Source: Octopus sinensis
Lineage: Eukaryota
Reading direction: 5' to 3'
DNA: 17,571 nt
Assembly: GCF_006345805.1 (NCBI RefSeq)
Contig: NW_021824829.1
Coordinates: forward strand, 1-17,571
Positions 8,913 through 17,571 of the stretch are shown here, in pieces. The stretch's first letter is position 1; the number at the start of each line of letters is the position of its first letter. The translations under genes and the position numbers were made by a program. Below the pieces are notes generated by a model that made no database searches, was not told the origin of the DNA, and worked only from the letters and a program-made list of their open reading frames with translations.

Positions 8913-9240
8913 TTCCTGTTAATGATGGAAAGACCATACCAATAGATCCATGTGCGTCTATCGAAATGCTCTTTCTAAACTATTCAAAACACTGCGCAGA
9001 CTCCGAACAAACCGACAAAATAGGGGATTGTGGTATATCGTCTAACGGTCAGAAATTTATCGAGAGAATATGTAAACAAAGATAAATGCGATACAATAAA
9101 ATAATTATAATCGCCGGTGTACCAGTACACGCCATATATTATACATATATCATTACATTCAAGGCGAAGAGTTACTAGATACACAATAGCTGGATAAATT
9201 TCGTGAGATGAGGTTTAAAAACTTTTACAAACTTAACTTT

Positions 9241-9279
9241 TCTTATACTGCAGTTTCGCCAATTCAGTAATAAAAATAG

Positions 9280-9289
<10 letters not shown>
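9241..9289 (-). ncRNA. Hammerhead ribozyme, copy 5 (3' half only)
   Basis: Stem II 3' strand, GAAA, CUGCAG and UA^UAAGA are present. The array is truncated within the stem II extension and replaced by (TA)n, so CUGAAGA is missing. Confidence 0.7.
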
Positions 9290-9319
<30 letters not shown>

Positions 9320-9411
9320 TATACATATATATATAGAGAGAGAGAGATAGGTAGATAGTAGATATATAGATAGATAGATAGATAGATAGATAGATGGATA
9401 GATAGATAGAT

Positions 9412-9473
<62 letters not shown>
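9290..9473. repeat. (TA)n/(GA)n/(GATA)n microsatellite
   Basis: Directly visible. Confidence 0.97.
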
Positions 9474-9477
<4 letters not shown>

Positions 9478-9503
9478 TAAAAATATATTTCGTATAACAT
9501 ATT

Positions 9504-9700
9504 CTTTTCTACTCTAGGCACAAGGCCCGAAAGTCTGGGGGCGGAGGCCAGTCGATTAGATCGACTCCAGTACGCAACTGGTACTTAATTTATCGACCCC
9601 GAAAGGATGAAAAGCAAAGTCTACCTCGGCGGAATTTGAACTCAGAACGTTGCAGCAGACGAAATACTGCTAAGCATTTCTCCCAACGTGCTCACCGCCT
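9504..9700 (-). mobile_element. SINE family B (tRNA-derived)
   Basis: Reverse complement contains the B-box-like GAGTTCAAATTCC and the shared block CTTTTCATCCTTTCGGGGTCGATAAATTAAGTACCAG. Confidence 0.88.
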
Positions 9701-9884
9701 TTGTAATACTAAAATATTATATGTGCACACGTAATATAAATGTGGACAAACACTTATGGTAATCACGTAATTTTTTCTTTATAAAGCAAACGCATATTCT
9801 ATTGCATTTGATTGTCAGCACACTCAAGTAAATCTCAGAAATTTACTGTTACTACTCTCAGTCTGAATGTCTGTCTTCCTTCTA

Positions 9885-10150
9885 TCTATAATATATATAT
9901 AATTATATATATATATTATATATATATATATACATACATACATATTGTATTTTTGGTGTGTACTTGCGTGTGTGTGTGTCTATGTGTCAGTCTATTGTAT
10001 GTTGCATATATTTCAAATATCTATTCTTCTCTCTCTCTTCTATTGTCAATCCATGTATCTATCTTTCTTTCTATCTATCTATCTATCTATCTATATATAT
10101 ATATATATATCTTTATCCATTTATCTATCTATCGATCGAACTCCCCCCCC

Positions 10151-10207
<57 letters not shown>

Positions 10208-10210
10208 CAC
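9885..10210. repeat. Mixed (TA)n/(TG)n/(TCTA)n/(CT)n microsatellites
   Basis: Directly visible. Confidence 0.93.
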
Positions 10211-11603
10211 ATTCAGACGCCCATACAAATATACATTACTATTTATCTACTCTACCTCTCTTTTAATACCTATCTTTCTACCGACTCACCTATCTGCAAA
10301 TATTTTCCTTCCCACTGTTGTCGATGGCCGTGTTTAAATATTAAATACAATGCGATAAATTTTCCCCAAACAATCTATCTGTTATCATCTGCGCTTATTC
10401 CTATTTTCGTAGGCGGATAGATCAAACGAAAACACACGCACGCACGCACGCACGCACACAGAGGCACGACGCACGCGTGCACAAAAGGAAAAACTGAAGT
10501 TCGAAAGTAATACATTAAAACGCTACGTGAAAATGGAAGGCATAGGGCTTTGTAATGAGAAGTGGAGGACGAGGGAAACACAGGTGGAAATGAGATAAAT
10601 AACGAAAGAAAACGAACGGGAATGAAAACTAGAAAGTAAAAGCTATCCGAATGGAAGGTCTGCTGTTGAATTAGAAGTTTATTTATTGATGATTGCCTGG
10701 AATCTATTGATAAGGGTTCAGTTTTTCATACACTCACAAATAACACTTCTAAAATCAATCTATCTATCTGGGTTTACATGAGAAATTTAATTAGTCTACG
10801 AACTTCAAATCTTCAACATCATAAGCGACCGTATTTATTATAGCTGTCACTTATACTGTGTTACAATAGACGAGTCACAGCAATCGTGTTTCGACTAATG
10901 TTACTACGTCATTTAAAATTAATAATTGTTTTCCTTTTGTAAAAATTACATACTCCAAACTAATTAACAACCTGCCTTCATTATTATAATATCGATAAGA
11001 TCAATCTAGTCACGTTTATTTAGAGTTCCAACCGTTTTGTTTCTTCTGACTTGTCATAGCTTCTTCTACGTAACTCCCTACTTTTCTCTTTCATTAAAGC
11101 AATTCCTGCCATGAGCCACATTTTGGGATCTGCTAAACACAGTCTCATTGCCGGTTGTTTGGTGTATTTAAAGTGAATCGCTTATAAACATTGCATTTGC
11201 AGAGGTGTGCTTAACAATATTTAGAATTTAAAGTTTGTCATGATTAGCTCTGGCTAATTCTAGAGGACATTTTATATCATAAATCATCTTATGTCATAAA
11301 TCACAATTTTTGAACTACAAAAATATTGACTGTTTTAAAAACTTTTTTTTTCTTTGCATTTCCCATCTATATCATTGATATTTCATACACAGTTGCATTT
11401 TGATAGTATAAGCAACTAGAATATCCAAGGTAGTGTAGTACAATCGTTTCATGCCACTTCATTTTATTAAACACTAAGTATTACATCACTTTTAAATTGC
11501 CGAACAATCTTCAGCCACATACAGAATTTTTTAATTAAACGAACAATGCACATTTTGATACTTATTTCATTTGCCATATATAGACATATATATATATATA
11601 TAT

Positions 11604-12031
11604 AAGTCGACCTCGGCGGAATTTGAACTCAGAACGTAACGGCATTCGAAATACCTATTTCTTTACTGCCCACAAGGGGCTACACATAGAGGGGACAATC
11701 AAGGGCAGACAAACGGATTAAGTCGATAATATCGACTCCAGTGGTACTTATTTAATCGACCCCGAGAGGATGAAAGGCAAAGTTGACCTCGGCGGAATTT
11801 GAACTTAGAACGTAACGGCATTCGAAATACCGCTAAGCGTGCTTATGATTCTGCCAGCTTGTCACCCTAACACCAACAAATATGCTTTTCTACTCTAGGC
11901 ACAAGGCTCAAAATTTTGGTGGAGTGGGCCAGTCGATTAACTCGAACCCACTACGCAACTGGTATTTAATTTATCGACCCCGAAAGGATGAAAGGCAAAA
12001 TTGACTTCGGCGGAATTTGAACTCAGAACAC
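11604..12031 (-). mobile_element. Cluster of three SINE family B pieces; the last (11883-12031) is 5'-truncated with a 13-bp target-site duplication
   Basis: CGGCGGAATTTGAACT occurs three times. ACACCAACAAATA is repeated at 11870-11882 and 12032-12044. Confidence 0.85.
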
Positions 12032-12564
12032 ACACCAACAAATACTGATAATAAATTTTTGTTTATGAAAAAGCATCTACCATGACACAATCGATTGCCA
12101 CTCTCTTCAGTCCATTTGAAATGGTGTTGTTTAGCGCAATGTCAGGCCCTGGTCAAAGACGGTCAAATCGTGACCATCACATCATATATACAAAATGTAG
12201 TATATATATATATATATATATATATCTGTAAGCAACAATATCCAAACATTCTTGACGTGTTTCGCTGGAAATATGAACGTTATTTCTAGCAAATTGTGCG
12301 ACCACCGACAGCACCCACACACAAACACAAACATGTTTTCGTAGGCTATTTGTTTATTTATTGGCTGATGTTTGCTGCTTGTTTTGGGGTATTTTGTGTT
12401 TCTTTTTCTTTTTTTTTTTTCCTTTCTTATTGACACGATATCAATAGCCCAGCTCGCGGTTATTGTTTTATTTGAAATAAAAGCCTTTTATTCAACAACA
12501 ATCCTGCGAACAGCGTTCAAATCCCATTAACTAATTGCTCTTCTCATTATTAACTGCCTGATAC

Positions 12565-13190
12565 TTTTTTTTATCTTCTTTCTCTCACTCTCAATCTCTA
12601 TTCCTCTTTTCCCTCTCTCTCCTTCTCTCTAATTCCTTTCTCACTCTCCCTTTCTTTCCCCTTTCCCTCTCTCTTTCTCTCTCTCACTTTTCTCTCCCCC
12701 GTTCTTTATCTCTCCCTTTTCTCCCTTCTCTCCCTTCTCTCCCTTCTCTCCCTTCTCTACCCCGTTCTCTCACCATTTCTCTATCTCCCTTCTCTCCCCC
12801 GTTCTCTCACCATTTCTCTCTCTCCCTCCTTCTCTCTTCCTTCTTCTCTCTCTCACTATTTCTCTCTCTCTCTCTTGCTCTCTCTCTTGCCCTCTCTCTC
12901 TTCTCTCTCCGCGTTCTCTCACCATTTCTCTCTCTCTCCCTCCTTCTCTCTCTCACCATTTCACTGTCTCCCTCCTGCTCTCTCTCCTCTCTCCCTCCTT
13001 CTCTCTCCCTTTCCCACTTTCCCTCCTTCTCTTACCCTCCTCTCTCTGACCATTTCTCTCTCTTTCTCCCTCACTCCTACAAAAACACACATGCAGACAC
13101 ACACATATACACACACACATACACACACACACACGCACAAATCTCACTCCTTCTCTTCCTCTTCGCTTCCCCCCCGCTCTCCCTATCACC
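12565..13190 (+). repeat. ~600-bp polypyrimidine (CT-rich) low-complexity tract
   Basis: Almost only C and T on the plus strand, with (CTCCCTT)n and a repeated CGTTCTCTCACCATTTCTCT block. Confidence 0.93.
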
Positions 13191-13609
13191 GTCCATAACA
13201 AAATTTCCTGTTCACGCTTTGCCCCATCATCTCCCTATCAGACATCTCTCCATTTCTGCTTTCTTCCTCTAACCCGCCTCCCCCTTCTTGTTAACTTTAA
13301 CATTTTACCTTCTTTATCACATAATCCCGTTCCCCCTCCTTCTTAATACACCACACTCTCCTCCCTCACCCCATTTTAATCCGTGCACCCTCTACCTATC
13401 TCCTTCCCTTTGTATTTTAATCTGATGCATTCCTCCATTTATAACTTTCCACATCCCCACTCCATCCATCTCCAGTTGTGACCTCTTGACTGACCTACCA
13501 TCATTCATTATTCTTCTTTACTCACTGTCTATCTGTCACACACCTCATTCCTTTGATAGGGGTGTGCACCACCTCTACCTTTTCCCCCCTCTTTCTAAAT
13601 TATTGATTT

Positions 13610-14001
13610 CCTTTCCAATTTTGACACAAGGCCAGCAATTTCGGGGGTTGAGGGAGGTCGATCTTATCGATCCTAGTGCGTTCCGAGTTCAAATTCCGCC
13701 GAGGTCAAGGTCAACTTTGCCGTTCATCCTTTTGGGGTCGATAAATTAAGTACCAGTTACGCACTGGGGTCCGTTTGTCTATCCTTGTTTTTCCTCTCTG
13801 TGTTTAGCCCCTTGTGGGTAGTAAAGAAATATGTATTTCGTCTGCCGCTACGTTCTGAGTTCAAATTCTGCCGAGGTCGACTTAGCCTTTCATCTTTTTG
13901 GAGTCGATAAATTCAGTATCAGTTGCGTATTGGTTGTCGATCCAATCGGCTGGACCCCCCCCACCCCCCGAAAATTTTTCAACCTTGTGCCTATAGTAGA
14001 A

Positions 14002-14003
<2 letters not shown>
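13610..14003 (+). mobile_element. SINE family B cluster (inverted 3' fragment at ~13610-13680, then two plus-strand units)
   Basis: GAGTTCAAATTC(C/T)GCCGAGGTC at ~13685 and ~13857. The 3' end CCTTGTGCCTATAGTAGAAA runs into (ATT)n. Confidence 0.85.
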
Positions 14004-14052
<49 letters not shown>

Positions 14053-14088
14053 TTATTATTATTATCATTATTATTATTATTATCATTA

Positions 14089-14134
<46 letters not shown>

Positions 14135-14135
14135 T
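14004..14135. repeat. (ATT)n microsatellite (SINE B tail expansion)
   Basis: Directly visible, immediately after a SINE B 3' end. Confidence 0.97.
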
Positions 14136-14137
14136 TA

Positions 14138-14745
14138 GGACGGCGTGCTTGCGGAATCGTTAGTACGCCGGGTGAAATGCTTAGCAGCATTTCGTCTGTG
14201 TGCAGGTTCGATAAATGAAGTACCAGTGATACATTGGGGTCGATGTATTCGACCAATCTTCTCCTCCCAAATTCCAGGCCTTGTGCCTTTAGCAGAAAAG
14301 ATTATTATTATTGTCGCTGTTAAGGTGGTGAGCTGGCTGAAACGTTAGCGCGCCGGACGAAGTGTTTAACGGTATTTTCCCCGTTGCTACGTTCTGAGTT
14401 CAAATTCCGCCGAGATAGACTTTGCCTTTCATCCTTTCGGGGTCGATAAATTAAGTACCAGTTACACACTGGGGTCGATGTAATCGACTTAATTCTTTTG
14501 TCTATCCTTGTTTGTCCTCTCTGTGTTTAGCCCCTTGTGGACAATAAAGAAATAAGAAACGTTAGCGCGCCGGACGAAGTGCTTAACGGTATTTCGCCCG
14601 TCGCTGAGTTAAAATTCCTCCGAGATCGACTTTGGCTTTCATCTTTTCAGGGTCAATAAATTACGTACCAATTGTGTATTGGGGTCGATTGAAATGACTG
14701 GTCTCTTCCCCCAAAATTTCAGGTTTTGTGCCAATAGTAGGTGGA
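14138..14745 (+). mobile_element. SINE family B cluster (three units)
   Basis: Repeated head GTTAG(T/C)(A/G)CGCCGG and the shared GTCGATAAAT..AGTACCAG block. Confidence 0.85.
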
Positions 14746-14980
<235 letters not shown>

Positions 14981-15544
14981 CACCTGCGCCTCACGTATTT
15001 GTGTCTCTCCGGATGTTGAAAGAAATCTGTTGATATTTCATGATGTCATTGTTGATTTTTGCATTCTTTTTGTTCCTGATCAGACCAGAACCGCCGGCTG
15101 GTTCGTTTGCTCTTGTACCCTGTGGGACTCTACTTTTTAAACAAACACAACAACATGTCAAACTACAACAACAAAAGCAACAACAACGATAACATCGAAA
15201 ATAAACTAAGCGTTTATAGCAATTATATGACCATTAGCATACTAATTGGTTGGAGAAATACTCTGTTTTTCATCCGAAAATCCTAATGTTACGAACAGCA
15301 TTGACGTTGGTGATGAGTGAAATATCAATGGAGAGTGGAAGGTGAAGTAATCAGTGGAAGGAAACGCAAATGGATTATTCGTGGTAGGAAGGAAGAAGAC
15401 TTAAGTGCTGTATAAGTGGTCCCTTCATGCACCCAAAGAACTTCAATCAGCAGAGGAGGAATTTGCGGAAAAATGCAGTTTGGCCTACATCGCAACTACA
15501 GTAATGCTAGTAGCAACATGGGTTATATAGAAGAACCAACGGTA

Positions 15545-15850
15545 AGGCGGCGAGCTGGCAGAAACGTTAGCACGCCGGGCGAAATGCTTAGCGGTATTTC
15601 GTCTGCCGATACGTCTTGAGTTCAAATTCCGCCGAGGTCGACTTTGCCTTTCATCCTTTCGAGATCGATAAATTAAGTACCAGTTACGCACTGGGGTCGA
15701 TGTAATTGACTTAACCCCTTTGTCTGTCCTTGTTTGTCCTCTCTGTGTTTAGCCCCTTGTGGGTAGTAAAGAAATAGGTATTTCGTCTGTCGTTACGATC
15801 CGAGTTCAAATTCCCCTCTATGTTTAGCCCCTTGAGGGCAATAAATAAAT
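15545..15850 (+). mobile_element. SINE family B, full head with partially duplicated 3' part
   Basis: GGCGGCGAGCTGGCAGAAACGTTAGCACGCCGGGCGAAATGCTTAGCGG...GAGTTCAAATTCCGCCGAGGTCGACTTTGCCTTTCATCC. Confidence 0.9.
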
Positions 15851-15892
15851 AAAATCCAACGGCAACAACAGCAACACAAATGAGAACATCTA

Positions 15893-16229
15893 CTCAGACC
15901 GACCAAAGCCTTGTGAGTGCATTTGGCAGACGGAAACTGAAAGAAGCCCGTCGTATATATGTATATATATATGTATGTGTGTGTATATGTTTGTGTGTAT
16001 ATGTTAGTGTGTCTGTGTTTGTCCCCCCCCCCCACCAACATCGTTTGACAACCAATGCTGGTGTGCTTACGTTCCCGTCAATTAGTAGTTCGGCAATAGA
16101 TACCGATAGAATACGTACTAGGCTTATAAAGAATAAGTCCTGGGGTCGATTTGGTCGATTAAAGGCGGTGCTCCAGTATGGCCAAAGTCAAATGACTGAA
16201 ACAAGTAAAAGAGTAAAACAGTAAAACAG
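15893..16229 (+). mobile_element. SINE family A, 5'-truncated
   Basis: Runs from CCGACCAAAGCCTTGTGAGTG..GACGGAAACTGAAAGAAGCCCGTCG through AAATGACTGAAACAAGTAAAAGAGTAAAA. Confidence 0.88.
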
Positions 16230-17102
16230 TATAAGAAAAGCAACTTCTACAGAGAAACACACAACCCAAAACACAAAACCATTTTTTAACATGGAAATAT
16301 TTCATCAGAAATCAAACAAACTCATTTTAAAGATGTTTTTCAAAGATCCTTTCCACGACCGACAATACGAGATTATCTAAGAACTTAAGTTTTTTTTTTT
16401 TTTTTTTGTCTGATCTACATATCCCTATTCTGAAATGAATAAATTAAGCAGAGTCACTTTTCAACGACAATCCAGTCAGTAAATTTAGATAGTGTAGCCA
16501 TAAGAGAACCAAAATTCCCGGAAGAATGTCTCCATAGTCGCTTTGATGTTCATGTGGATATGCCTCTCTATTTCAGAAAGGCTTGACTTTCAAATCAGGG
16601 ACGAGACGAACATCCTGGAGTCGGACGTTAGCTGAGAAGTGCGATATGAGCAGTACCGAAAGCGATGCCTTCTGAATAGTAGATGACTGTGACCCGTCTA
16701 TTGCCAGGGCGGTCGTATTTCTTCAGATGTGTAGAAGTGCTATTGAGAACGTCCAGTACTTTTAATGCTAGCAGGAGAAAGAAACATTTCAGATGGGGAA
16801 TAAGTGAGATTATCTGATAAGAGAACGACGTTAAAAGCTTTGCAGACTCGTTCAGTTCTGTCTGATATGCACCGACTAGATTTCCTGAATGCGCCGGTGT
16901 GGGTATGGAACAACTGCATATGTTTTCAGGAGAGGGAAGGCCTGAGCGGCTCCGGGTCTACGGAAAATTCAACCCAATGAGATATCTCGTGTGAGCGATG
17001 GGGACTAGAGAGAGAGCTGCGCAGATATATGCAGATGGTTTTATAATAATGATGATCAATGTGGCAGATTCGAGCGGCTCTTTGCTTACAGGATAGATAT
17101 AT

Positions 17103-17328
17103 TCTTTACTCTTTTACTCTTTTACTTGTTTCAGTCATTTGACTGCGGCCATGCTGGAGCACCGCCTTTAATCGAACAAATCGACCCCGAGACTTATTCT
17201 TTGTAAGCCCAGTACTTATTCTATCTGTCTCTTTTGCCGAACCGCTAAGTGACGGGGACGTAAATACACCAGCATCGGTTGTCAAGCAATGCTAGAGGGA
17301 CAAACACAGACACACAAACATATACACA

Positions 17329-17406
<78 letters not shown>

Positions 17407-17560
17407 TATGACATATATACGACTTCTTTCAATTTTCCGTCTACCAAATCCACTCACAAGGCTTTGGTCGGCCCGAGGCTATAGCAAAAGGCACTTTCCA
17501 AGATGCCACGCAGTGGGACTGACCAGACGATGTGTTGGTTAGCAAGCTACTTACCACACG
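17103..17560 (-). mobile_element. SINE family A, near full length
   Basis: Colinear match to 1562-2032 with an internal (TA)n expansion. Confidence 0.9.
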
Positions 17561-17571
17561 TATAGACAACC

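Larger units (their letters stand above)
7470..9289 (-). mobile_element. Tandem array of ~400-404-bp units (4.5 copies), each with a type I hammerhead ribozyme: putative non-LTR retrozyme
   Basis: Unit start AAACAAAGATAAATGCG recurs at 7470, 7874, 8273, 8674 and 9074. Copies are near identical and differ mostly by 1-nt deletions. An HHR motif lies at the same position in each unit on the minus strand. Both ends of the array abut (TA)n tracts. Confidence 0.88.

Noticed and set aside
7606-9184. 79-, 91-, 71- and 66-aa ORFs in the tandem array (MRFKNFYKLNF...)
   Set aside because: No recognisable domain, frames differ between copies, and the plus-strand ORFs are antisense to the ribozyme. The RNA motif explains the repeat better.
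7470-9289. CRISPR array or tandemly duplicated exons
   Set aside because: Units are ~400 bp and identical throughout with no unique spacers, in a eukaryotic context. The acceptor-like TTTTCTTATACTGCAG is simply the antisense of HHR stems I and III.
9289-9700. SINE B Pol III promoter driving minus-strand read-through into the retrozyme array
   Set aside because: Orientation fits, but T runs of 4 or more on the minus strand (e.g. plus-strand AAAAA near 9480 and many inside the unit) would terminate Pol III, and the SINE head has a deletion.

Overview
AT-rich, repeat-dominated eukaryotic (metazoan) non-coding DNA. The two abundant tRNA-derived SINE families and the microsatellite load look like an Octopus/coleoid cephalopod genome (my recognition, not verified). 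No intact protein-coding gene is supported; almost all listed ORFs are translations of microsatellites. The main result is a cluster of type I hammerhead ribozyme (HHR) motifs from at least three unrelated repeat families. (1) A ~400-bp x 4.5 tandem array at 7470-9289 carries an HHR on the minus strand in each unit (UCUUA-CUGAAGA-GCCAG...UUGGC-GAAA-CUGCAG-UA^UAAGA), the architecture of a non-LTR retrozyme predicted to give ~400-nt monomers and circular RNAs. (2) An HHR motif at 6854-6933 (+) lies in the spacer of a ~715-bp foldback element with ~90%-identical arms. (3) A ~190-bp dispersed element with a minimal Penelope-type HHR occurs twice (2618-2803, 6010-6197), both times antisense to and at the same position of a SINE. 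A relic resembling a Penelope-like endonuclease C-terminus (953-1069) and a LINE 3' end (5582-5790) are also present. All alignments and folds were done by eye.
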